Below, one piece after another: positions 29,551 through 42,269 of a stretch of DNA of 64,000 nucleotides. The notes below the pieces were generated by a model. It searched no databases and was not told the origin of the DNA. It was given only the letters and a program-made list of their open reading frames with translations. Source of the DNA: Blastocystis sp. Blastoise. Lineage: Eukaryota; Protista; Bigyra: Opalinata. The translations under genes and the position numbers were made by a program. The stretch is taken from positions 434,001-498,000 of the forward strand of contig JBBPEB010000023.1 of the NCBI GenBank assembly GCA_039096225.1, given 5' to 3'. Within the stretch, counting starts at the first letter, position 1. Every line of letters starts with the position of its first letter.

Positions 29551-30744
29551 TTTATTATATATATATACGCATGGTTCATAAAAATTGTCATCAGTACAAT
29601 TATCTATAAGCATTTTCATAATTATATATAACGTCAAACCAAAGGCAAACATATCATACTATATAATAATAAACATATATAATAATAATAATAAATATAA
29701 TAATAATAATAAGCATGATAATAATAATAACTATAATACATTTAAAAAACATTTAAATTTTTCATTATAATATTCTGGTGGTACATATCTGGTTGAGTGT
29801 CCAGGTGGTTGTATAAGTGCACCATCTGCAGCATACAAAGAAATACCAAAATCAACTGTATATAATAATAATTATTATTTTTATTATTATTATTATTATT
29901 ATATTATTATTTTTATTATATATATATATATATATATACTTAATTTAAATCTTCCTTGATCTTTAGAATATACTATATTATCTGGTTTAAAATCCTATAT
30001 ATATAATAAACATAATAAATATAATAAATATAATAAATATAGTAAATATAATAATATACAGCCCAAATAACTTGGTGTTTCTGTAATGTACAAAGTGCTA
30101 ATAGAATTTGAATAATAAACTCCTTTATATGCTGACGAAACCATTCATGAATATCATAAAAATCTTTTTGGTTCTTATATTTATTACGAATATTCTCAGC
30201 TTTTTCTTTTTTTTCTTTGTTATATTTATTCAAAGCTATATCTATACAAAATTTTAATACATATATATATAAATAAATATAAATATATACTATTCTTAAT
30301 AATATCTATTAAAGAAATGTCACCCTTCTCCATATAAATCTAAAAGCAATAAAAAATAATAGAAATATTATTCTTTACAAAAAAATATACATATTTTTCT
30401 AAACCATCACGATATCCATAGAAATTAATAATATATGGAGAATAAAGAATAGCTAGAAAATATAGATCACGTTCGTATTGATTGTTTTCATATTCTTTAA
30501 CGATGATGTAATTATTTATTTCTTGCAAATAAAAAAAACTAATTATGTCTATTTTATTTTTTTCTTCTTGTGCTTCTCGTTGTTCTACTATCTCTAGTTT
30601 CTCCAGTTTTTCTACATCAAATATAAAGAATTATGATTACATAAGCATACCTAATTTTGGAGAATTATTTTCAAGATATGCTTTCACACAAGCAGTTGTC
30701 TTTAATACATCCAATATATTATGTTTCTTTGTATCCCTGTTCAT
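26800..30744 (-). CDS. Divergent Ser/Thr protein kinase + Asn/Pro/Thr repeat linker + C-terminal TLDc-like domain; about 14 exons
   Basis: Spliced motifs IIVKEY, SPYIINFYG, IYMEKG, VIWADFKPDN, FKLIDFG, STRYVPPEY, YDMFAFG. C-terminus WSILYYH...PYILIFHTK...IYFGFYTE...SVFLFTY resembles TLDc. Confidence 0.8.
28030..28830 (-). repeat. Coding tandem repeats (NNNYM and NIPSINTPT-type units)
   Basis: Visible in the DNA and in the translation of ORF 27492-28829. Confidence 0.9.
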
Positions 30745-32033
30745 TTATTTAAAAAATTATATGAAAAATAAAAATATAAATTTGATGTATATTGTTCTTT
30801 AAAATTATCTTGTTCAATAAAGATTTTTAGTAAAACCTCAAAAATACTACGATTATTTTAATTTTTTTGCTTAAAAACTAAAATAAAACAAGAAAATTAC
30901 TCGAGACTTACAAAAGAAACTAGGTTTCATAGAATTTAAAAAAAAATTATTCCTTTTTTAAAAAGTTCTACTAGATTTCGGTGTCTTACTTAATAAGCGT
31001 GCCATGCATTATATGAGATGAATAGAAATTTGTTTTATTTTCTCAAAACAATCACTAATGTGATTCGTGAATAACAGAATCACATAGAAACATACAGAAT
31101 ATATTTGAAATATATGTTTTGTAAAAAGTAGAATATGAAAACCAAGAAATATATGTTGAATGAATAGATATAATAAAATGTATATTCAAAATGAAGAAAA
31201 AGTTTTGACACAATTGTTATGGTGGTCTTTCACCTAATCTAGTTTCAAGCACTTATTTATGGAATTGGTTGTCATTCTTGATTGAAGAGATTTTGAAACT
31301 TTGAATGATAAAAAAACAATACAAATGTTTTTTAATAGAAAAATAAATATCTTTTTTGTGTACATAATAATAATTATGTAGATCAATAAATAGTATATAT
31401 CAATATATACATATATACAAGTAAATAATAAGTATACATTATTTAACATGAGTTTGATAGTATATATTCTTATTATTGTGATTTTATAATAGGTTACCTT
31501 TATGCTTATAAATACAAATATAGATATGAAATTATGATTTATATTATAATCAAAAATTTATTTAAAAAATGAAATCAAAGAAATGTAATAATTATTTGAA
31601 TGTATATAGATTGTGAATAGAAGAAAAGGATAAAGGATTATCATGTATATAATTAAATTGTTTAAAAAACGTTTTTAGAGCATATTTCTTTTTCAAATAA
31701 ATGTTTACAGAATTATATTCAATTAAAAACTTGCCGTGTTATTGTTATAAAGAATTCAATGAGAATAATATTATTTATATATATAAATTATTATCACATG
31801 ATTAATATAAATGATATTGAATTGTAGTTTTCTTTTTAAAAGAAAGAAATAATTAAAAAAATATATATATATAATTAAGAAACAGAATGTGATTGATATA
31901 TGTTAAAAGTATAAATCATTTTTATACAAGGGTGATAATAATAATTGTAACAATAATTTAAATTGAATAAAAATAGAAACATTAAAAAAGAACTAATAAT
32001 ATATTATTATATTAAAAAAAAATAGAATAAAAA

Positions 32034-32960
32034 TTATAATAATTTAGCTTTTACAAAACGTCTTTTAAGTGCATAAGTTTGTGAGATACTGATGGAAATT
32101 AATAAAATCTAGAAGAATATGTATATAGATATTATATTATATTATATAGTAGAGTATATAGTATATATTATTTAAAAAAATGTTATTTAACTAGATATAT
32201 ATATACAATAGTAATCACACTGAATAAAAAGATATTATAATCGATAGTAGCTGAAATATCACGAATTTGAGCTTCTCTTTCTTGAATGGTTCTAAAATAT
32301 ATATATATATATATATAATTGAGATAAATCATATAAATAAAATATAATTTAAAAAAAAAAAAAAAAAAAAAAGCAAAAAAAAAAAAAACAAATATATGTA
32401 TACTCAATAGTTTCATCAACTTCATAGAGTGAATCGACAATCCATTGCATTTGAACTTCAATTGGTTCTAAATTTTGAACTTGAGCAAGATGAGAATAAT
32501 CTTTAGCATCAATACCATAACGGAACTTTAAAGAAACTTCAGAATCTTGTGGTCCTATATTATATATATATATAATATTATTAATTAAAAAAAAATTAAG
32601 ATTAAAAAAATATATGAATATTGATCATATTAAAAATAAATATATATTTTTATAACAAATTCAGATTATTATACCTTTATTTTCAATGCAAACTTTATAT
32701 TCACCTTCAGTTTCAGTGTTAAATAAGAATCTACCTCTTCCAGTAACCTTATCAGTATAGATGACTTTCCCAGATGGATTCCAAACAGTAATAACACATG
32801 TCTTGACTTCATTCTCAGCGTAATATGTTCCTTTAGCTAAAACATTATCACTTAAATGTTCAGTAAAACATTTTGATTGAGTACCATGAATAATCATTCC
32901 AAATGCATTGGATCCAACAAATAGAAGACTGAGAGTAATTAAAATAAATGTCGATCTCAT
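32034..32960 (-). CDS. p24/emp24/gp25L (TMED) cargo receptor; 4 exons
   Basis: Signal peptide, GOLD domain (KCFTEHL...GRFLFNTETEGEYKVCIEN), GIDAKDYS, coiled coil, TM, tail LKRRFVKAKLL*. Confidence 0.92.
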
Positions 32961-33396
32961 TATTCAATATAAATAAATATATATAAGAATTAAAAAAATA
33001 ATTTAGTTCTTCCAGGGAAGAATCTATGAATCACGGGAAATTATTCTGTATTAGGTGAAAAAAGTGTTATTTTTCAAAATATATATCATGTATTATATTC
33101 TTATCGAATAAGAGTTTATTATGAATGGTAAAGGTAGTTTCCTTTTTCATTTTTATCCTATGCTGATCATGAAAGTTGTCCATTCATAAATTTTAACATT
33201 TTCGGTTAATTACTATATGATAACCGTGTGTATTGCCTTTTTTAGATTTTTTTTATTTGTATAGACTACATTAGAAAGCTGTTAGAAACAAAATAAAAGT
33301 TCTTAAACAAGAATAATAATATTTTTTAAAACATATTTTTAAAAATGTTTTGAAAATATAATATTTTTCATTCATAATAAGTAGAGAGTGTCAATA

Positions 33397-35036
33397 TTAT
33401 ATGAAATCATTATCAAAGTCATCTTCTTGTTGGTTTTCTAGAAAGAATATATATAAACTATTTAACAATAAAATTAAAGAAAACATACCTTTCCTTTTAT
33501 TTGTAAATTCGATAATAAGTTCTTTTGGAAAAGACTATATATATATCAAATTTTATTATTATATGAATATAATAAAAATACAGTTTTCTTTGTAATCATA
33601 GTAGCTTCATAATCCTCTTTTATTTGTTTTAATTGAAGGGCATCAATAGGTTCATGTGAAAATCTATATATTATATATTATATATATAATAGTATAGTAT
33701 ATAATATACATTATATAAAAATATATAATATAATATAATAGTATATAATATAATATTATATTATATATGATAATAAAGTTTAAAAATTAGATAATAAATT
33801 ATTTTATATATACCTGCAATTTGATCCATAACTACAGTTATTAAATAAATGAAAAAATTGACAAGGAAATGAATGTATATCATGTGAATATATACATGTA
33901 TCTAAAATTAGATATAGTTTAATAAATCATTCTTAATTGAAAAGAAATCATATATAATTATATAATAATTATATAATAATAATAATATAATGATAATAAT
34001 AATAATAAAAAATAATAATAATATAATAATAATATAATAAATATAAGAAAAGAAAAAAATGTTAAAAATCAAAAATATATTATATACTTTCTTGACAATT
34101 TCCATTTAAGAAATCATTACATAAAGGCTTTGGGATATTTGGATCATGAAAATAAGGGCAATCATTCTGTTTATATAATATATTTAGACTATATAAAAAT
34201 AATAATAAAGTAAATATACCTTTCGACACATTCCTAATTTATAGAATCGACAAAGAACAGATTTATTTGTTTCTTTTCTAATCTCAGCCTATGATACGAC
34301 ATTATTTTTATAGAATAGTAGTTAAAATACAGCACGAATAAAGGCATTTTGTAAATGTGTGCTATTTGAATTCCTTTTTTGATTATTTCTTAAGTTTTGA
34401 ACTTTATCCGCACTTTTCTCTTTCTCTACTAGTTTATCTAAAGGAGAATCTGTGATATTTGTTGATGATGAAAAAGAAAATAGTGATTTTGATCGATTTT
34501 CATTTTGTAAAGTCTGCTTATTATTCTTTAAGGTTGCTCTATCTATTTTCTGTAACGGTTTAGGTAGTTTTTCAAAATCATCTTCAGATATTGATTTCGT
34601 TTGAGAGTTTTGTGAAGTAAATATAGGCTTCGGATTACCTGGGAATGAAGGTATCTTCTGATTTACATAATCAGCCTTCAAAAAAGAGTTCAATTCTTGT
34701 TGATATGTTCTATCGGTTGAAGTCGTGCTGATCGTATTCAAATCTGTTTTTTCTGAATTGTTCTCAAACGGAAAACTTTCAACAATCTCTTTGATATCTG
34801 AAGGCTGTAATTGGTCGATCATTTTGAGAAGTTGGTCATAATACTCTTGAAGAACATCATTTGATACTGTTTTTGGTAACTCTATATTTTAAATAAATAA
34901 ATATATACTTATTCAAAAAACAAATATAAATAATATATAGTAAACAATAAAATGAGTTCATACCTGTTGTCGGTAAAGAATATCTTGGTTTTGGTAAATC
35001 ATTTGAATTTTTAATAGTATTGAATAAGTCGTTCAT
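33397..35036 (-). CDS. Triple CCCH zinc-finger protein (ZC3H4/6/8-like finger array); 8 exons
   Basis: Spliced fingers CRFYKLGMCRKNDCPYFH, CNDFLNGNCQENTCIYSH, CQFFHLFNNCSYGSNCRFSH; introns in phase. Confidence 0.85.
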
Positions 35037-35419
35037 TTATTTTAAGAATTTTTAGAATAAATCCTAAGAATTGAATTCATATCATAAGAAGAACAAAATT
35101 TATTGATATACGAATAATAAATAAGTTTAAAAAATACAAAAAAAAAGCAAGAAAGGTTCACAATTGAATTCTTCTTAAAAAGTATTTATGTTTTTATTGG
35201 GAATTGAAGAATCAAGACTGTCCACTCGAATAAGAAGCGTCATCAGAATGATCCAACCAATAACGTAGTTAGGATAAATGAGGGCCATTTGTATAGTGGT
35301 AAATAAAGGGGATGATAATCATTAAAACTTCTGGTTATAAAAGATAATGAGTGGTTTTTAAGAAAAATAGATTTTATTTTTTTGGCATTCATTTTCTTCC
35401 CAACTCTATTACTATAATC

Positions 35420-35978
35420 ATGGCTCACACGATTACTGCTGTCCAAGGTGAGTTTCTAGGTGTTGCTTAATGCTATAGATATATAGGATCTCTTCAAAAC
35501 CTTGTCAAGATTGAACGTGCTCTTTTATCTGTTTCTGATAAGACTGGTCTTGTTGAATTAGGTAAATTCTTACAAGAACATGGTGTAGAAATGCTCTCTA
35601 CTGGTGGTACTGCTAAGGCTCTCCGTGATGCTGGCCTTACTGTTAAGGATGTTTCTGAATACACTGGTGCTCCTGAAATGATGGATGGACGTGTTAAGAC
35701 TCTTCATCCTAAAGTATGTCTTTTTTTTATTCTTTATTTGTATATATAATTCGTGTATTTGAAAATATGTTGTTGTTATTATTATATTTATATATTCATT
35801 TTATACAGGTTCATGGTGGTATTCTTGCTGTAAGAGGTAATCCTAAACACGAACAAGATATGAAGGATAATGGTATTCAAAACATTGATTTAGTTGTTCT
35901 TAATCTCTATGCTTTTGAACAAACTGTTGCTAAGGTATTCTTTTGTTAATTATTATTGATTTATGATTGATAAATTTT

Positions 35979-36014
<36 letters not shown>

Positions 36015-36839
36015 TAGGGTTCTGATTTTGATACTTGTATTGAAAATATTGATATTGGTGGTCCTTCTATGCTTCGTTCTTCTGCTAAGAATCATCGTTC
36101 TGTTGTTATTTGTAGTAATCCTTCTCAATATGCTAGACTTATGTCTGAAGTATGTTTTTTTATTATTATTTTGTTTTATAATTTTGTTTTATTATTATTT
36201 TTTATTTTTTATTTTTTATTATTATTATATACTCTATATAGATGAGTGAAAATGAGGGTTGTACTACTTATGATTTCCGTAGACTTTGTGCTGCTCAAGC
36301 TTATGCTCTTTCTGCTGTATATATATATATATAATTATTATTATTTTTTTTTTTTTATATAAATTATTTTCATTATTTTATTAATAATTCTTTATATATA
36401 TATATATAATAAATAGAATTATGATTCTGCTATTTCTTCATGGTTTGCTAAACAAGTTTCTGAACCTACTGGTAAAGATATTATTGCTACTCGTCCTTAT
36501 GTACAAGTATGTGAACTTAAATATGGTTGTAATCCTCATCAAAAACCTGCTGGTCTCTATAGACATATGGGTATGTAGATATATAATATATTATTCAATT
36601 CATTATTATTATTATATTCAATTACTCTATATATTAATATACATAATTAATGTATATATATATATATATTATATACTCTATATGGGTGGTCAACTTCCTT
36701 TTAATATTGTTTATGGTCAACCTGGTTATATTAATTTATGTGATGCTTTAAATAGTTGGATGCTTGTTAAAGAAGTTGAACAATCATGTGGTATTGTTGC
36801 TGCTGCTTCCTTCAAACATGTCAGTCCTGCTGGTATGCT

Positions 36840-36883
<44 letters not shown>

Positions 36884-38167
36884 TTATTATTATTTTATTT
36901 TTATTTATCATGTAATATATCATCATTATTATTATTTTGTTATTTTATTTATTTTTATTTATATAAGAATAACAAATATATATATCTATATAGGTGCTGC
37001 TATTGGTACACCTTTAACTGATCTTGAAAAGCAAGCTTATGAAGTTAATGGTGACTTCTCTCCTGCTACTATTGCTTATATTAGAGCTCGTAATGCTGAT
37101 CCTATGAGTTCTTTTGGTGATTTCGCTGCTTGTTCAGGTACTGTTGATGTCTCTCTTGCTAAATTCTTAGCTAATACTGTATATATTCATATATATTAAT
37201 TATTATTATGTTCTAATTATATATTACTATATTATTATTATTATTTTTTTTTTTTTTTTTTTTTTTATTTATTTTATTATTTTAGATTTGTGATGGTATT
37301 ATTGCTAAGGGTTATGAACCAGAAGCTCTTGAAATCTTAAAGGGTAAGAAAGGTGGTAAATTTATTGTTCTTGAAGGTAATATTAATTATAAAGTTCCTG
37401 AAATGGAATTCAGAGAACTTCATGGTGCTATTCTTTCTCAAAAACATAATGATGCTCTTATTACTAAGAAAGATTTAGAAAATATTGTTACTAAGAATAA
37501 GAATATTCCTGAAGAAGCTATTAATGATTTAATTCTTGGTTGTATTTGTCTTAAATATACTCAAAGTAATAGTGTTGGTTATTCTCTTAATGGTCAAATG
37601 ATTGGTGTCGGTGCTGGTCAACAATCTAGAATTGACTGTGTTAAACTTGCTGTATATATATGTTATTATTTTATATATTTTATATTATATAATATATATA
37701 TTATATATACTATTCTTTATTTACAATAATTATAATAAAGTAAATAAATAAATATATATATATAGGCTCGTAAAGTTGCTTGTTGGTATTTACGTTTCCA
37801 CCCTAAGGTTCTTGGTCTTAAATTTAAGCCTACTGTAAAGAGACAACAACGTGTAAATGCTCGTGTTCGTTATATTGAAGGTGATTTCACTGAAATTGAA
37901 AAGAATCAATGGTTAGAAAACTTTGAAGAAATACCTCCTGAGTTTACTCAAGAAGATCGTACTTCTTTCTTAACTACTCTTAAGAATGTTTCTCTTACTT
38001 CTGATGCTTTCTTCCCCTTCCGTGATAATATTGATTGTGCCTCTAAATATGGTGTTAAATATATTGCTCAACCTGGTGGTTCTGTTCAAGATGATGGTGT
38101 TATCGTTGCTTGTGATGAATATGATATGGCTATGGCTTTTACTGGAATCCGTCTTTTCCATCATTAA
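35420..38167 (+). CDS. ATIC: Bifunctional AICAR transformylase / IMP cyclohydrolase; 10 exons (intron 6 has a non-AG acceptor)
   Basis: [96 protein letters not shown]. Confidence 0.97.
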
Positions 38168-38495
38168 ACATCTCCTCTTTTATAGTTCTCAAAATGTATA
38201 TAAAACCACATTTTTATTATTTCTCTTTTTTTAAAATTAGTTCTATCGTTTATTCATTTTTGTTTTGTTTTTTTTCTTTATTGAATTATATATTATTATT
38301 TTTATTCATTAATCAATCAATTATATCAAAACAAAACACTACAAATATGTTAATTAACGATATAGTATATAATTATTCAAAAGACAAAATCAAAAGGTAT
38401 TAAAATATCTATCTCACATGGATCAAAAGATATAAAGTAAGAATGAGAAATAAAAATCAGATTACAAATCTATAAGGAAATCTTAATTAAAGATT

Positions 38496-39269
38496 TTATT
38501 CTTCCTTTTCGTCATTTTTCTTACATAATTGAACACATTTCATTATAGAAGCACTGATGAATAAAAGAACCCAACTACCAACAACAGCTATATAAAAAAA
38601 TATATTATTTATATATAGATGAAATAAATAGATGAAATAAATAAATAAAAATATTACTAAATAAAAATATAAATAAATAAAAATATAAATAAATAAAATA
38701 TAAAATATAACTAAATAAAAATATATATATAGCAGAAACAGTTAAGATACCCCACCACATTCCGTTAATAGGAGCACAATTTTCAACAAAAGTATACTTT
38801 TCAGAATTACCCATGAAAGGTCTGACAGCTTCAAGTTGTTCATCAAAGAAAGTTTGTTGTAAAGTAGCATATTTTTCATTGAAATCATAAGCAAATCTCC
38901 AGTGGCAACGATCCCAAATAACTTCTTGTAAATAAGTCTATATATTTATAGATTCATTCATAATTAATTCAAATAAAAAAGAAGAAAAACTCATAAAATA
39001 AAAACAGTAACAAAGCATCAATATTCAAATATCTTTAAATTACAAATACATACAATACAAGTCTTTTCAGCTTCAGTATTAGTACATTCAGAAGAAATTT
39101 TAACATTAGCACACTTTAAAGGATATTGTTTTACAAATTCACGAGCCCAGATACCATATGTAGAATTAGTACTAACAATACCAGGACAAGCAGTGGAATA
39201 CTTTTCAATATTGCTTTCTTCAGCAAAGGCAATAGCAGCAATAAGTAAGAGAATAGCAAAAGATCTCAT
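38496..39269 (-). CDS. Small Cys-containing type-I membrane protein of unknown function; 3 exons
   Basis: Signal MRSFAILLLIAAIAFA; six ectodomain Cys; TM GMWWAVVGSWVLLFISASIM; tail KCVQLCKKNDEKEE*. Codon bias resembles ATIC. Confidence 0.8.
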
Positions 39270-40431
39270 ATTGGTCAATAATCTATATGAAAGAAACAAA
39301 GATTAATATGAAATCAATTCAATTTTTCTTTTATATACATGTTTCGTAATTTTAAACAAGAATTTTTCTAGGATATTTCTTCATTATTGATTAGAGAATT
39401 ATTTATAATCGTGATTATCTTTTATAGATTCTATGTAGTGATCAACTAAACTCTATGATTCTTATAAAATCTTAAACAAATGTATTCCTTCAGATGGCTT
39501 GGTTCTCATAAACTGTTTTTATTGGACAAAAACCACCCGAATTGTCATTTTTCTCTATGAATCCATTTCCTCACGATTATCGACCTTTTTATAGAGAAAA
39601 AAATAAAATTAGCAAAGATTCTTTTTTATCCTAGTCCGCCATTCATTTTGTCTACAAGAATAACATGGGAATATGTATAATCATAATAAAAAAATCAAAA
39701 TAACCAGATTATTGTTGTGTGGATTCATTGTTTTAAACAGTCTCTAATATCATCTTATATTCTATTACCAAATATATTCAGTTATCGTAATTAAATGACA
39801 AATTGAATAAAACAGTGATTCTAGTAATGATAACGATTACAACGATTGATTTGTCGTGTTATTCAATCTTTTACTTATTCTGTAAATACTACTTGAGATA
39901 TAAGATTTGCTAGGAATGTATTTTTAGTTATTCAAGTTAGTAGCTTTTCAATTCATTTTAATTTCAACTTGTAATATCACTCTCAATTAACTTTAAAGGT
40001 TCCAGTGTACACATGTAATTGTTTTTCACTATCAAAATTTGAAGATCAGTGAATACAATGATTATTGTTGACTCTCTAATGTGATATTAATATTGTTTTT
40101 GATATTCCACGTGTGATAGCTTTGATATATCTATGCACAAACGTAAAAAATTGTGTTTTGAAACATTTAAAAATGAGAATTCACTGTTTAAACAGGTAGA
40201 ATGCATATATTTTTTGATAATACATATATATGTTATAAATTGATATGTAAAATAAATAAAAAGCATTTTTTAATAATTTACAAAATAATTATTAACAATA
40301 AAGAACAATCGTATACAAAAAATAAAAATAAAAAAGTTTAAAATTTATATTATTTTAATTCCTTACATTGAATATCAATTAATCGTTTTTATTATTTACA
40401 AAAGATTTAACTGATAAGGAGAATATATATA

Positions 40432-41491
40432 ATGGAAATTGAAGTATGTAAATGTGATACATTTGTCAATTGTCATTTTATCTAGAGTTCTACACAACAA
40501 AATACGCATAAAGACACCTTAGAATGTCAACAAGCTTATTTATTAAATGGTCATTTAGGGAGTGTTACATGCATTAGGTTTTCTCCGAATGGCAAATATT
40601 TAGCTTCTTCATCTGCTGATGGAACTATAAAATTATGGGATACAGATAGTTGGATAGAGGTTGCACTTCTAGAAGGTCATCAAAGTGGTGTTAATCATAT
40701 ATGTTGGTCAAATGATAATCGATATTTAGCTTCTTGCTCTGATGATAAGACAGTACGACTTTGGGATGTTGAAAATCATATTTGTTTACGTGTTTTGGAA
40801 GAGATGAAAGAATATGCTTTTACGATGGCTTATCACCCACGAGTATATTATTATAATCATTCTTCTTACTCTATTTTTGTGGTATTACATATATTTTATT
40901 TTATTTTTTTGCAGATTTTTAAATATATATAATATTTTCATTAAATAATAAATTTAGATTCATATATGAATATATTTTGATTATAAATTATTATTCTTTA
41001 TTCTTTCTAGAATACTATATTAGCAACAGCTGGAGATGAATATATATATATATGGGAAACTCACACAGGCACGTGCTTATATAAGATTCAGGCACACAAT
41101 CATTGTATAAGTTCTCTGTCTTATAGCGCAGATGGTAGTATTTTAATTTCTTCATCTTTAGATGGATTAGTGTATATTTATAATGATATATATATAACTT
41201 TTATTTATTATGTTATCCTATATATATATATATTAGTCGTCTTTGGGATGTTAAAACTGGAAGTTGTTTACGTACTGTTTTAATTAAGAATAATGAAGTT
41301 CCTATGTATATATATATATATATTTATAGAATATATTCTCTTATTCATTCAATATATACATATATATATATATGTATAGATCTAATGCTACTCTTACTCC
41401 AAATTCAAAATATTTATTAATTTCTACAAAAAATAATATTATGTATTTATATAATATTTTTACAGACAAATGTATTGCTGAATATAAGGTA

Positions 41492-41544
<53 letters not shown>

Positions 41545-41757
41545 ATTTTTTTTCTCTATTCTTTTCATATATTATAGCATGAATATGCTAAACATAATAA
41601 TATATTATATATAGGGTCATCAAAATACATTATATTGTTCGACACCGTCTTTCTTAATTACACCTCAAAATCAATATATACTTACATCAGGTGGTATATA
41701 TATATATATACTTTTATTTATGTATTTATTTTTCATGATTAATACTATTTCTTTATT

Positions 41758-41802
<45 letters not shown>

Positions 41803-42049
41803 GAAGATTCTTCTGTTTATATTTTTAATGTTAAAAACTCTCTACCTGTTCAAAAAATAGATCTTAATAAAGGTATATATAGTTATTATTATTATTATAT
41901 TTCTTATACTTATTATACTTATTATACTTATTATTATAGATGCTGTGATTGGTACTGATTGTCACCCTTTTAAGCCTATATTTGTTTGTGGAACACTAGC
42001 TTCTGGAGGAAATATATTTATATATACATATAAAGAAATACAAGAATAA
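40432..42049 (+). CDS. WD40-repeat protein, WDR5/Swd3-like; 8 exons (missed by the ORF track)
   Basis: GHLGSVTCIRFSPNGKYLASSSADGTIKLWD, LEGHQSGVNHICWSNDNRYLASCSDDKTVRLWD, EYKGHQNTLYC, DAVIGTDCHP. Confidence 0.9.
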
Positions 42050-42269
42050 TATTATATATATATATTCAATTATAAATAATACATAGATTCTTTCTGTTTA
42101 CGTGTGTTTTGCTAATATATATATCTTCTTTATTCAACTGAATATTCATAAACAATATAGTCATCTCTAAATACAACATTTAAAAAATAATATTTTTTCA
42201 AAAAAAAAAAAACAAAAATTAAAAAAAATAAATAAAAATAAAACATAAATAAGATGTTTGATATACCTC

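Noticed and set aside
38715-38750. Apparent GC or AT donor (TCT GCT atatatat) in the small membrane-protein gene
   Set aside because: A canonical phase-1 GT donor (TGG TGG G|gtatct) gives the correct TM and tail frame.
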